Assembly (NCBI RefSeq): GCF_964355755.1
Contig: NC_092676.1
Coordinates: 24,756,871-24,820,870 of the forward strand
Length of the DNA stretch: 64,000 nucleotides
Direction: 5' to 3'
DNA from: Antedon mediterranea
Taxonomy: Eukaryota > Animalia > Echinodermata
A program made the position numbers and the translations under genes. Shown here one piece after another: positions 1 through 14,094 of the stretch. Every line of letters starts with the position of its first letter. Within the stretch, counting starts at the first letter, position 1. The notes under the pieces are model-generated. The model was not told the DNA's origin, did not search any database, and worked only from the letters and a program-made list of their open reading frames with translations.

Positions 1-471
1 ATATATTATTATGATTATTTATTGTTTCTGTTTTCTTTCAATCAGATTCCACCGACTCTCGGAAAACTAGGCATATTGTCGCCTGTTAACGGTGTGACAC
101 TCAAAGCCGTACGACGAACCTAAACGATATTGTTAATTGAACTTGTTTGTAGTGAATTTTATTGTTAATAGGAACGTTGTTAAAAGTAGTCCGTGAAAAA
201 AGTGGTCAACAAGCAGGGCCCAATGAAAAACAGTTTCAACTGTTTGGACAACCCTAGGTAAAGAAATGTAATAATAATAGTAGGCCTACCATTAGGCATT
301 AATCACGGGAATACTATAGGATTTTAGGATAGAACCATGTCGTAACACTTTTAACTTTAATTTTTCCACTCTCTAGGTATTAGTATTTGTTATTTCATTT
401 TATAGTCTGTCAAATTAGAAAGCTTTTTTGCATATTATTTTTCTGATGAACAATACTGGTGGATACATTGC

Positions 472-3400
472 TTACGTCATCTCTAACACATCGAATGGTG
501 CATCATGGCACTCTGACGTCACAGCATCAGTTTTGCTGACATCTTGTGTTTTGATGATTACTCTAAAAACGAAATATAAATGACTTTATGAGGTAAAGGA
601 AACGTCTTAACTTACCAAGGACTGGCGCAGATTCTGGGGAGGACAGGGGTCAGTTGAGGCGAAGGAAACGTCTTAACGGCTTACCAAGGACTGTCGTAGA
701 GGTCGGGTGAGGTGAAGGAGTGGAAGTACGTTCATAAATTGTTTTTAGAGGGGAGAATATTCGAAACGGATCGGCGGCCTTGGTAACTAGTCTTGTAAGC
801 CTACAAGGATAACGTGGCTATTCTTGTTAAACCACTTACACACAAAACTTTGGATTGCACTTGTAGGCCCTGACGATAGACTAAAGGATTGTAGAACTAA
901 TTAAGTAAACTTACCCTAGTGTTTCACCTTCATGAATAGTCTGTGGTAAATGTGTACCTTTGGTTTCTGGAAGAGTCACTATTAAAAGAGCACCGATACC
1001 AGACACGCCGGCAAAAATAAAATAAGGGAGCTGCGTGAAACCCGTACCAATGAACATTAGTTGAGGGGCTAGCACTGATCCGAGGCTACCTATCATGGTT
1101 GAAACTCCAATTCCAACATTTCTGTTAAATAAATGTTCAAAACATATGTTATCTACTGTTCAAATATTGTAGGCCTATTCAGTTTAGTAGTTTGGAATAT
1201 AGGCCTATTAGACCTAACCTCTTATGATTATAATGACATTACCAATAATTATAATTAATGTTAATTACCTAATAGGTGTGGGTAAGATTTCCGCTGAAAA
1301 TATAAAATGAATATTATAACACGATGAAATGCTGAACTTGCCAATCAGCCCAAACGTGAACACTAACCAGTTACCTAATTAAAGAAACAGAGAAATAAAT
1401 GCAATTAATTGTACATTTCTGTCAAAGGTGCGATGCATTGTTGCAGTGCGACTGATAGTCAACCGTGTATTATAGCTGTCCTAAGAGAAATTATTTAACT
1501 ATTATAATTAATAATTCGTACTTGTGAATGCGATTGCAATACATGCAATTCCTGACATTGACAAAAAGAAACCCATCACTGGACGACGCCCCCATCGGTC
1601 TATAAAGTATCTGCTGAAAAGACACGCGGGAATTTCTACTGCAGCCGATAAAGCAACGGTTATGTAGTCGTCTGAACTCAAGGCAATTGCACCGAGTGAT
1701 ACTCCGTAGTACACGAGGTTTACCACGAATCTGAAATAATCATAAAAACCGATTTAAATACATTGTCATTCATTGTAAAACTAACGTTTTAAGCATATAG
1801 GCCTACAATTGCCATCAATAAATTATTTTTTATTGCAGTAGGCCTACATAGGTATTATTAGTGCAGTATTAACTTGAAAGCTATTCCTACACCATCAAAC
1901 GTTATGTGACAAAAAATGTGATGTGCCCATAAATGAACACGATGGCGTCATATCATAAACATAATATTTGGAAACATCACACTTTTTTATCATCAAAATA
2001 GTTTGATAGTGTAGACAGGGTTTAACAGGCATGGCATATAAAATAAAAATGTTATTTAGCAGAATTGAAACTCACCCAAGAGATGTAATAACAAAAGTTC
2101 TAAAGAATATGACTTTTTTCCGAAACAGGTCTTTAACTGATGCCTTGTTTTCTTTAGTATGGACATCCTCTTCCTCACCCTATCATATACAAATTTACCA
2201 AGTTTGGACGTGTCTTACTTTTATGTATTGCTTTCACATCGATAAAAATATATGTATTATTCAATAATTAATTATGGTTTTATTTTACCCTTTCTTCTCG
2301 TAGCATTTTGTAAACTTCATCCGGTATCTCCTCTTTCGCATATTTAGAGGCTTTTCTGTTAATATTTTCTGATTCATCAAATCGACCGATAGAATGCAAC
2401 CATCGAGGTGATTCTGGTACTAACCTGAAATAATAGTGTATCAAGATAGAAAGATCAGGGAAGAGTTAAATTAAAGGAACACATCCTGTCCATTAGTGCA
2501 TTAATTAAGTTTATCAAGATAAATAGATTTATTAGGTGTGTTTCAACGGGACACATCCCTGGTTAGATTTTAAAAAGTAAATGTCCCGTAGGAAGTTGTA
2601 GTCCGGCTGGGGACAGGCAATCTAGCAACATGATGATGAGCTCCGTTAGATCAAAGGTTTCATCTGTGGTTGCGAGACGATCAGTTCTGCTACACGATCA
2701 GTTCTCTACGTACACTCGATAAAAACCGGAGAATATTGTATTGTACTGTAACCTGATCAAAGGACTGTTACAAGTTCCTATCTTGTCAAGGTTCGAATTC
2801 AGCATCCATGTTGTTAAATCAAGGCAATCAACAACAAGAAACAGAGCTCGCATTGCCAAGAACTCTAACAAGTCCTTTGATTTTATGTCTGGCTGCGACA
2901 AATACCAAAACAGTAGGTTTTTGTAGATAATCCCTTTTCTCAAAATAGGGTAGTTATGGTCCCATGTACGTTATTCTCCACAGGGCGTGAAACTGATCGT
3001 GTCGCAACCACAGATAAACCTTTTGATCTCCGGAGCTCATCATCCTGTTGTTAGACTGTCTTGGTAAGATTGCCTTAGTCTGGGTGAGCAAGAAATAATC
3101 GGTTTCAATATTTATTTAGATAAACGTTTGTCGGAATTACTTACAGTATAATTGCCGCAAGTATAACGACATCAGCAGCACAAATACTCATTAACAGTGC
3201 TCGCCAATATCGAATAAAGTAAGCATACAGTGCTGTTATGCTGTAGCCCAAAGCCCAGAAAGACCCAGCGATCGACGTAGCCAATGATCGTTCGGTTGGA
3301 CCAACCACTTCGGACGCTGTTTTATGGGATATAAAAAAAAAATAATTAAAAAATAGAAATTTCATTAGCGTATTTTATGCCTCTCTAGGCTGTCAAACGC

Positions 3401-5324
3401 GTTGTCGCTAAGAAATGTGTGTGATTCAATAGCAATGTCAAGAAACGCAAACGGTAAACACAAACTGTAAACACAGTTCCAGTTTTCAGATAATCCGAAT
3501 AGACCAACAGTTACTTACCATATATGTAGGCTGGCATAAACACTCCTGCGTGAGTCAAGGAGGCTAGAAAACGCAGTGTTACGTACGTCCAATAAGATGG
3601 CGAGAAAGCTGCCACAAAATCAAGAAGAATGTAGCACGAATAACACGCAACTATTAATTTTTTTCTTCCATATCTACAATGTTCAAACAATAAAATCAAA
3701 TAACGTGTTTGACACTTTAACACATCAATGTATTAAGTAAATATAAATAGACGTAAATTAGATAAACTTAACAGTCAATCAACATGAATTTCTAAATTTA
3801 TATTTTGCAAAATGAATGTTTTAACATCAAGGTTCAAGATGATAATTGTATTTAACTACTGTAGAGTAGTTTGCGTCAGAGGTAGTTAAGTAATTGGTCA
3901 GATGTTTACTCTGACGTAATTCAAGTCCCACCCGACAATTACTGTATTACTACTTTTTTCAATGTACTTAGTAAAGTAAAAAATGACGTCAGAGTAAGGC
4001 AAACATCTGACCAATCAATATTCATGTTATCCGCCATATTTTCTCTTGTACATTAAAGCTTAGTTCCCACTAGGGCGCAACACACGTAATTTTACCAATC
4101 AGAAGCGATGGATTATTGGTCAACGAGTTGAACTTGCGTTGCGTCCTAGTAAGAACCAAGCTTTATAAGCCCACCTGTCACTTAGATTTCCAAGAAAAGG
4201 TGCCGATATCATAACACCAAAAAATGCAGTTGACATGGCAACAGAAACCAGTCGTGCTGATTCACACACCAGTTCGAACTAGAATAAAGTTATAAAAAAA
4301 AAAACAATAACCATCAATTTGGCTTAAATACATCCAACCAGCCTCATTATTATTATTACGGTTTTAGGGTTGTAGATCCAACATCTATTTGTTTTCTGAA
4401 TATTTCAAGTAGTTTGATAATTAAGCATTTATATTTTATTCCATAGAACTAGTACCGTACTGCTAAAGGGTAAGGCTACTCTGGGATGGTACAGATAAAA
4501 GTAGGCTACATTCAATTTTTGTTACAGCTCACTCTGTCGGTTGGTCGGTCGGTTGGTCGGTAAACACTAACTTGAGCACGCGACTGCAGCCATGTATATG
4601 GCCTTGTTAGGGGTGAGGCTTTACTCTATACATATAGCATAGTAATACAGTTTTTTCTCGATATTTTAAAAACTTGTTTGTTTCCACTCTGAGACGTAAC
4701 GCAAGGACCAATGACAAGCGAAGGATTATCGAACTGTCGCTTGCCATTGGTCAACTTGCGTTGGAAAGAAGACAGTTATATAATTTTAAGGGGAAATCTT
4801 CGAGACCCAACAGAGGGTAATTGACCCCTTGGTGGTTCGTTTCTATAGAAAGTGTTATCGACCTTTGAAGAGTTGTATCATAAAATGTTCATGTTTATAT
4901 TAGGTATATGTTATTTTATACTTACTTCTTGCGTTACCGTTGTCTTATATTGCGAATCGTCAAACACCCATCCATTTTCACAAGAATGTCTTGTATTCTC
5001 AAGCTCACTGATGTTCGACCCTAGCGTAAAGCCAGTGTAGTTATATTGTGAACATTTACTTTCATCAATAAGTAAACTATCAGAATCGTCTGCAGGGCGC
5101 AACGCACTCATCATGTTCTCGCATTCTGTCGTATTCAATCCTTCTTCTCTGCATGCCTCTTCCCACCCTGGCAGACTACACCAGTGATCTGTTTCAACCA
5201 GTAAGAACACTTGTATCATAGAATGTAACGCTTCTGACATAACAGAAAGAGCTAAGAGTAGAAATGACATCCATAAGTATCGGTTGTATCTTCCCAGGTA
5301 TTTAAACAACTCATCGTAATGCAT
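472..5324 (-). CDS. SLC22-family organic cation transporter (MFS), copy 1, 10 coding exons, ~560 aa
   Basis: Exons 4926-5324, 4175-4278, 3519-3673, 3145-3316, 2289-2424, 2076-2179, 1522-1730, 1269-1374, 915-1121, 472-562. All introns are GT-AG and the exons join in frame (1683 nt). Motifs: Cys-rich first loop (DHWCS...CENGWVFD...TTVTQEFELVC), DRYGRK, SEVVGP, VPESPRWL, DRWGRR, LPETKG. Confidence 0.93.
1884..2019. mobile_element. MITE family B (TIR CTGTCTACACTATCAAAC), degenerate copy
   Basis: Ends ctacaccatcaaac...gtttgatagtgtagacag. Related copies at ~31814-31950, 52226-52262, 58026-58170, 61523-61685. Confidence 0.75.
2615..3076. mobile_element. Two MITE family A copies in inverted orientation forming a ~460 bp imperfect palindrome
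   Basis: 2615-2820 is the reverse complement of the family consensus and 2821-3076 is forward. Other copies at 11313-11500, 18810-19036, 20680-20890, 57265-57492. Confidence 0.75.
4057..4163. mobile_element. MITE family C (TIR AAGCTTGGTTCCCACTAG)
   Basis: aagcttagttcccactag...ctagtaagaaccaagctt. Related copies near 4670-4765, 17040-17160, 18288-18420, 26605-26747, 29151-29270. Confidence 0.7.
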
Positions 5325-6772
5325 ATTTAACAAAATATTATAATGCCTTTATGTATGTACAGTTGTGGTTTTAGCCCAACGCTATTTCTTCAGGTCAAAT
5401 CGTCAATATCGCTCTACAAAATACAAGTATACAACGCTCCTTTTCGTGTTTACAATCAAGTTTTATCTCGGTTTGTTTATTTATTGCAATAGTACTTAGG
5501 GCGCTTATCCTAAATGCGAAATTGATCAAAGTACGGACGCAATAGGCAGAAATATATAGAAACATGCCGATTGGTAGAGGTTATAGACGGTGACCCAAAC
5601 AAATACGGAAATAATCACTCTAAATATCAACGCTGTAGGAAATCCAAACGAGGTGATTATAATACCGTGCAATTTCCTAATATGGGTTGATTTATGAGTA
5701 ACTTAAAAATTCATTGATCTCACAGAAGCTACACAAAATGTTACTTATGTGTAGGTATTATTGTTGTTTTTAAATAATGTTTTAAAAATGTATTTTCCTA
5801 AAAAATCCTTATCTAGATCAGCCACTGCAACTAGCACGGACTCACTGAATAAATTCTCTGCAATGTTGTTTCTTAGTCTATTCTTGACTGAAGGATTCCT
5901 GATGATGATATTAAAAATGATTGATCTCACAGAAGCTTTTTAAACAAAATTGTGCAGGTATGATTGTTGTTTGTAAAATGTATTATGTCCTCAAAAACAT
6001 TAAACATGAAAATAAAATCATATTTAAAAAAAACCTGAAATATGAAGGTTAATAAAAGAAGACTTTGAATAGATAGTTTTACAGTTTTAGTAAAGTTAAT
6101 CACTTTCGTAAAAAAATAAGTTTGTTATTTATAAAAGTCAAAATAAAGTGCTAAATTCAAACAAAAACCCATTGACTTCCAGTCAATTTGGCTATTTTTA
6201 TGCAAATCAGAATTACAGTTTACTGAGCATGCGTATTGAATATTTAAATTAAGTAAATGATGGTATTGTTTCTTCGCATTCCTTCTTTCACGTCGATCGT
6301 GTAGTAATGTTTCTTTTCATCACCATTATTCTAGAATACGTAAAGGCCTACGTCATGCCATATGTGTTTATGAGAGAATTAACAGGAATAATATGTTGTG
6401 AATGCCATACACATGTTAAAACGAACAAACTATTGGTAAGTTTCAAACCATTTATTCAGATTGTAGGCCTATATTTCAGAAGTAACAACAACCCGGATGT
6501 ATAGTTTATTTGAAGTAAACATGTGTACGTATCGAATTCACAGGTTTGAGTTCGACACGACTGAAGTTTGTGGTTGTACCCACCAATCACACTTCGGCCT
6601 ATGTGAGATATTTCGGTTAAATTAGCAAGAATTTGACTTAAGTTTGTAAAAGTAAGGATACCCGTTAAGTGGTATTCAATTTCAAAAGAAGTGTTTACAT
6701 TTAAAGTGTTTCACTCATCATCTGCGGGGCCCCGACAGCCCCACAAACGACTAATGACAAAAAGAAGAGAGA

Positions 6773-6825
6773 GTGTGATTAGTGAATGTGATTAGTGAAT
6801 GTGATTAGTGAATGTGATTAGTGAA
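6773..6825. repeat. 14-bp tandem repeat (tgtgattagtgaa) x ~4
   Basis: Directly visible; absent from the paralogous region near 13700. Confidence 0.85.
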
Positions 6826-7245
6826 AAATGTGTATATTATAAGATGTAATTGTTTTTCCAAAAATGAATTCCACTTTCCTAACAAAAATAAATTCATACA
6901 GTACATTTGTTTTACTTCTTAATAAAGTTTGAGAACAATAACGTCACACAAGAAGGTGATGCACAATTGATTTGTGTTTTTCTTACGAGGTAGATTTGGA
7001 ATATTAGGCATATATATCTATATATTTATACAAGACGTAAATAAGTTACTAACTATTAACCGTTATACAAACGTGGTAATACTCGGTCTACAATTTCAAT
7101 TAATTAGGGCCTACACAGTGGAAGCCCATTGGGTATTTACAAGTAAGAAATTATGCATATCATTATTTGTATAAAATAATGGTGTCTACATCTGTCAATC
7201 GTTTAATAGGAGTTATTCGTAATTTTTGTAATCCTCATGTTGGGG

Positions 7246-10200
7246 TCAAATTTCATCATGGCACTCTGACGTCACAGCATCAGTTTTGCTGGCATCCTGT
7301 GTTTTGATGATTACTCTAAAAGAAAAATATGACTTTATGATGTGAAGGAAATGGCGCAGATCCTGGGGAGGATAATTAAGTCGGGTTAGGTGAAGGAGTG
7401 GAAGTACCTCTATTTTTCTTTTTTAGAGTCCACCCACCCCACACATAATATTCGAAACGGATCGTCGTCCTTATTACGGTAACTATAATGCTGGCAATGA
7501 CGTGGCTATATTCTTGTAAACCACTTACACACAAAACTTAAGGTCGCACTTACTTACGATATGCCATGACGATATACTGACAGATAATTATTAGAACTAT
7601 TTAAGTAAATAGAAAACTTACCCTAGTGTTTCACCTTCATGAATAGTCTGTGGTAAATGTGTACATTTTGTTTCTGGAAGAGTCGCTATTAAAAGAACAC
7701 CGATACCAGACACGGCGGCAAATATAAAATAAGGGAGCTGCGTGAAACCCGTACCAATGAACACTAGTTGAGGAGCTAGCACTGATCCGAGGCTACCTAT
7801 CATGGTTGAAACTCCAATTCCAACATTTCTGTTAAATAAAAACACGTTTAAAACATAATATTATTTATATTCTAATATTGAATTTAATTTGAGTAGTACC
7901 ACCTGATTACGGTTATAAGTTTATGACATTACCCATAATGAGATAATTGAAAAAGTATTGTCATCATTTTGAGCTTAATACTTATTATTTCTATCCCAAT
8001 TAGAAATCCACAAAATGTCACATTAAAAGGAAATTGTTGATTGATTTGATTAAACTGTTGTAATCTAAAATGTGATTCACTTTGTCTGAAAATACTAACG
8101 ATGGTAAGGCTTACTTATTATGATGATGATAAACATGTTCAGTTTTAAGTGATATTACTGATCATACACAACGAGAATATGATAAATCAAGGCTAGAAAA
8201 GTGGTACGGCTACTAGATCCCGAAAAAGGGATATAAATTACATATTGTTATGACTTGATAATTACCTAATAGGTGTGGGTAAGATTTCCGCTGCAAATAT
8301 AAAATGAATATTATAACACGATGAAATGCTGAACTTGCCAATCAGCCCAAACATGAACACTAACCAGTTACCTAATTAAGAAAGAAATAATAAAATGAAT
8401 TGGTTTAAGTACTTAACGTTTTTTGCAAATGCATTGTTGCAGTGCGACTGATCGTGAACCGTTAAAGAAATTATTTAACTATTATAATTAATTATTCGTA
8501 CTTGTAAATGCAATTCCAATGCACGAAATTCCTGACATTGACAAAAATAAACCCATCATTGGACGACGCCCCCATCGGTCTATAAAGTATCTGCTGAAAA
8601 GACACGCGGGAATTTCTACTGCAGCCGATAAAGCAACGGTTATGTAGTCGTCTGAACTCAAGGCAATTGCACCGAGTGATACTCCGAAGTACACGAGGTT
8701 TACCACGAATCTTGAATAAACAGACAGATAGTTTTGAATAAGAAATTAGAATGGAAAAAGGCTTCCTACTTTCTAGGAGTTATGAATGTGGTTAAGTTAT
8801 CAGATACCGTAGTCTATATTGTTTTGTCAACTTTGTAACACTGCTGATTTTGCCTTTTTTGGTCATTGTAAAATTAGCATTTTATTACACAGCTTTCATC
8901 AGTAGGCCTAAATAAATTTATTTTGGATTGCACTATAGTGCAAGTAATAAATGTCATAGCTGTATTACTTGATTATTATGAATATAATATGAAGTGCTTT
9001 TAACAGTCATAATTAGAAAAGGGAATGTAATTTAGCAGAATTGAAACTCACCCAAGAGATGTAATAATAAAAGTCCTAAAGAATATGACTTTTTTTCGAA
9101 ACAGGTCTTTAACTGATGCCTTGTTGACTTTATTATGGACTTGGACTTCTTCTTCTACCTCTTCTTCTTGATTCTGTTTGAAGAAATCAAGCTCAGCTAC
9201 GTTTCTATGTTCTATGCTTTCCTTTTACATCGACATATTATTATCATATTATTTATATTATAAATAATCAGTTTTTTTTTCATTTTACCTTTTCGCCTCT
9301 TAGCAGTTTGTAAACTTCATCCGGTATCTCCTCATTTGCATGTTTAGAGGCTTTTCTGTTAATATGTTCTGATTCATCAAAACGACCGATAGAGTGCAAC
9401 CATCGAGGTGATTCTGGTACTAAGCTGAAATCATAGTGTATAACTAAGTGTATATAATAAAAAAGTTTTATAATGGAGAACACGGCGCCATATTTAGGTG
9501 TTTCAAAGGTACACATCCTGGTCAGGTTTTGTAAGTAAATGCAATGTAGGTTTTAATTCCGTCTGGGCAAGAAAAATCTAATAACGGTATGCTAAGCTCC
9601 GTACGATCAAATGTCTGTTCATGTTCCGAGCTAGCATCCTGTTGTTATCCTGGGTGAGCGAGAAATTGTCGTACTTACAATATAATTGCCGCAAGTATAA
9701 CAACATCCGCTGCACAAATACTCATTAGCAGTGCTCGCCAATATCGAATAAAGTAAGCATACAGTGCTGTGATGCTGTAGCCCAAAGCCCAGAAGGACCC
9801 AACGATCGACGTACCTAGGGATCGTTCGGTTGGACCAACCACTTCTGACGCTGTTTGATGGAATATTAAAAAAATTTTAAATAGAAATTTCATTAGCGTA
9901 TTTGATGTCTAGGCTGTCAAACGCGTTGTCGCTAAGAAATGTGTTTGATACATAGCATGCGTCAAGAAACGCAAACGGTAAACGCAAACGGTAAACGCAA
10001 ACTGTAAACGCAGTTCCAGTTTTTAGATAATCCGAATAGGGTCAGACCAACAGTTACTTACCATATATGTAGGCTGGCATAAACACTCCTGCGTAAGTCA
10101 ACGAGGCTAGAAAACGCAGTGTTACGTACATCCAATAAGATGGCGAGAAAGCTGCCGCAAAATCAAGAAGAATGTAGCACGAATAACACGCAACTAATAA

Positions 10201-11931
10201 TTTTTTTCTTCCATATCTACAATGTTCAAACAATAAAATCAAATAACGTGTTTGACACTTCAACACATCAATGTATTCAGTAAATATAAATAGACGTAAA
10301 TTAAATAAACTTGACAGTAAATCAGCATGAGTTTCTAAATTTATATTTGCAAAATGAATGTTTAACATCAAGGTTCATGAATATAATTGTATTTAACTAC
10401 TGGAGTAGCTTTGCGTCAGAGGGAGTTATCTTACTTTATTACTGCTTTTTTCAATGTACTTGGTAAATTAAAAAATGACGTCAGAGTAAGGCAAACATCT
10501 GATCAATCAATATTCGTATTATCCGCCATATATTCTCTAGTGCATTAAAGCTTAGTAAGTAATTTTACCAATCAGAAGTGGGAAGCAAGCTCCCTACCTG
10601 TCACTGAGATTTCCAAGAAAAGGTGCCGATATCAAGACACCAAAAAATGCAGTTGACATGGCAACAGAAATCAGTCTTGCTGATTCACACACCAGTTCAA
10701 ACTAGAATATTAAAAAAAGAAAAATAGAACAGAAACTAGGCTTAAAACATCTTCCTCAAGCCTAATTATTACTACCGTGCTTATAGTTACACGATATTTG
10801 TTTTCTTAACATTGAACAATTCAATTTAATGATTATCCATTTACACTCTCGGGTGGTACGAATAATAAAAGTACTTTCAATTGTTAGGGTTGGGGGATGA
10901 GGGGTGGTATTGGTACAATCCAATACGATTTTTCTGTAGACAGAACTAATACAGTTTGTTTTGATATTTAAAAAGAAAGTTGAACAGAGTGGAACTCCTA
11001 TTACTCTTACTAAAGAGTAAACAAAGAGGCTCATTGGAGTCAAACCTAATACATCGACATGTAAAGTCCATAGTCTTATCCACTCGACTACACAGACGGC
11101 TCTATAGAAATTGTTTGCATTATAGCGAATTGTTAGCTCAATTCTTATGCATGATGCAATTATTCTGAAACCTTATTTATATGACTAATGAATATTCATG
11201 TGTATTTTGTGACGTTTCACGAGGGGTCCCCAACTTATGTACGAAAAGAAATATCGCGTCCGGGCCCAACGGAAAGCTATTATAATATAATAAGAATACA
11301 TGTTATGTTATACCAAGGCACTCTTCAACAGGACACTGAGGTCGCCTTGCCAAGATAGCAACTCGTAACAGTTCTTTTGATCTTATGTCAAATACCAACA
11401 GTACTGTGGTGACTTTGTACATTTTCTCCGCGGCGCACGGTGTCTATTATTATTAGGGACGTGGAACTAATCATGTCGAGTCGCAGGCACAGATAAACCC
11501 TCATGTTATTACAGTGCCTTGGTTATACTTACTTCTTGCGTTACCGTTGTCTTATATTGAGAATCGTCAAATACCCATCCATTTTCACAGGAATGTCTTG
11601 TATTCTCAAGCTCACTGATGTTTGACCCTAGCGTAAAGCCAGTGTAGTTATATTGTGAACATTTACTTTCATCGATAAGTAAAGTATCAGAATCGTCTAC
11701 AGGACGCAACGCACTCATCATGTTCTCGCATTCTGTCGAATTCAATCCTTCTTCTCTGCATACCTCTTCCCATCCTTGCAGACTACACCAGTGATCTGTT
11801 TCAACCAGTAAGAACACTTGTATCATAGAATGCAATGATTCTGAAATAATAGATAAAGCTAAGAGTAGAAATGACATCCATAAGTATCGGTTGTATCTTC
11901 CCAAGTATTTAAACAACTCATCGTAATGCAT
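7246..11931 (-). CDS. SLC22-family organic cation transporter (MFS), copy 2, 10 coding exons, ~559 aa
   Basis: Exons 11533-11931, 10598-10701, 10062-10216, 9679-9850, 9289-9424, 9052-9173, 8502-8710, 8266-8371, 7622-7828, 7246-7315 join in frame (1680 nt). Exon sizes match copy 1 except exon 6 (+18 nt) and a shorter last exon. Confidence 0.93.
11000..11255 (-). mobile_element. Dispersed repeat with a tRNA-like segment (second copy at 42605-42780, + strand)
   Basis: Reverse complement of 42605-42780 (gatatttcttttcgtacataagttggggacccc...gtcgagtgg...ggttcgaatccc). Confidence 0.7.
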
Positions 11932-14094
11932 TTTTTTATACTAATGCCCTATATATGTAAAGTTGTGGTTTTAGCCCAACGCTATTTCTTCAGGTCAAAT
12001 CGTCAATATCGCTGTACAAAATACAAGTATACAACTCTACAACTACAACAACTATTTATTTATTCCAATAAATGCGAAATTGATCAAAGTACGGGCGCAC
12101 CATACTGAAAATATATAGAAACATGCTAATTATAATACCGTGTAATTTCCTAATATAAATGTATAGATTTATTAGTAACTCATTAAAATTCATAGAAGCA
12201 TAAACAAAATTGAACTTATGTGCAGGTATGATTGTTGTGTTTGCATAATTTTTTTAATGAATACTAAAATCAGACTTTAAATGCCATGCGCGTAATTTAT
12301 TCATTGATCTGGCCGAGGATTTTTAAACAAAATTGTACTTATGTGCGGGTATATGATTTATTTAAATTACAGTTATTTTTTACAAGTAAATCCTTTTTTT
12401 TATCATCTAATTTTTGGTCAAAGTTTATAGCTATTATGTGACATTAAAATGGTATATTCAATAAAAAAATTGTAAAATATTTTTCAGTGGGACAATTATT
12501 ATCTTTAAAAAGACAAATTAAACAATCATATTCAACCAAGAACTTATTAGGTGGCAGCCAATAAGACTATATTTTTGCGTGGAGACTCTTCTCTGGTTTA
12601 ACGTACTGTATGTCTTTGTGTTGCAACGTAAGCAACACAAGATATCAGATATAGTGGTCCTGAACTTTGAAATAACTTACCCATTAGCATCAAGAATTCC
12701 ACAAAGAAGAAAAGCTTTTCCTATAATTTTAAACGCCACATTATTTCAACTTACTTATAAAATAATAAAAGAAAAGGTGAAAAATAAATACCTCTACTCA
12801 TTGCAGTCGATTGTTTTGTACCTTTTCTGTTTGTGTTTCAGTATTTGTTAGTATTTGTTGTGTTACTGCATATGAAAGAGTATTATTATTATTAATATCT
12901 TATGGCTTGCCCAGCACAAGTTTCTCTTGGTTTTTCCGTTTGATTTTACTTTTTGGAACTTTGCCACTTTCAAAACTTAAAGAAATGTATTACCATTTTA
13001 TAAGACACTTCTTTTTTCCAGTCTGTTTTATTCTCATAAAATATTTGTAAATTAAAAGAAATGTTATTTTTTATCGTTATTTTGTTTTTAAGAGAAATAA
13101 ATGTTTTAAAACTTGAATTGAATTAAAAAACAACAAAGCGCATCGCAAATAATTTGACCAATCACGACGTCACGTTTGTTAAGTTAAATGAATGTTTTTT
13201 AAAACAGTAAAAAGTTTAAATTGGCATCGTGTTCAGTACTCGTGCTATTAGAATAGAAACATTTTCTTTTTCCTCAACATTAAGTTATCAATCAAGAAAG
13301 GAAATACAGGGCCTAGTGAGCATGCGTATTGAATATTTAAATTAAGTAAATGATGGTATTGTTTCTTCGCATTCCTTCTTTCACGTCGATCGTGTATTAA
13401 TGTTTCTTTTCAGCACCATTATTCTAGAATACGTAAAGGCCTTCGTCATGCCATTATGTGTTAGTGAGAGAATTAACAGGAATAATATGTTGTGAATCAA
13501 AGGGAATGCCATACACATGTTAAAACAAACAAACTATTGGTAAGTTTCAAACCATTTATTCAGATTGTAGGCCTACATTTCAGAAGTAACAACCATTTAT
13601 TCATATTATACAACAACCCGGATGTATGGTTTATTTGAAGTAAACATTTGTACGAATGGAATTAACAACAGGTTTGAGTTCGACACGACACAAGCTTGTG
13701 GACGTATTCACCATTTTTTACTTCTTAATAAACACCAGTTTCAGAACAATTACGAGGTAGATACAATTAATACTTTTAATATAGAATAATATATATTTAT
13801 ATATTTACAAGACGTATAATATTAATAAGTTACAAACTATTAACTGTTATACAAACGTGGTAATACTCGGCCTATAATTTCAATTAATTAGGGCCTACAC
13901 AGTGGAAGCCCATTTGGGTATTTACAAGTAAGAAATTATGCATATCAATTATTTATATAACATAATGGTGCGTACAAGACATATCTGTCAATCGTTTAAT
14001 GATGTTAAACGTCATTTTTATAAGTTACCCATGATCCTCATCTTTGGGTCAAATGTCATATCGATTGTTGAAATATATTTAGAAGCCATCAGCA

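Larger units (their letters stand above)
501..14059. repeat. Tandem segmental duplication, units ~501-7253 and ~7254-14059
   Basis: Exons, intron edges, 5' flanks (5325-5700 vs 11932-12230) and distal flanks (6224-7250 vs 13317-14055) are collinear and highly similar. Confidence 0.9.

Noticed and set aside
12579-13050. Short plus-strand ORFs between SLC22 copy 2 and the GPCR
   Set aside because: They are AT-rich and low-complexity, with no recognisable motif or splice pattern.
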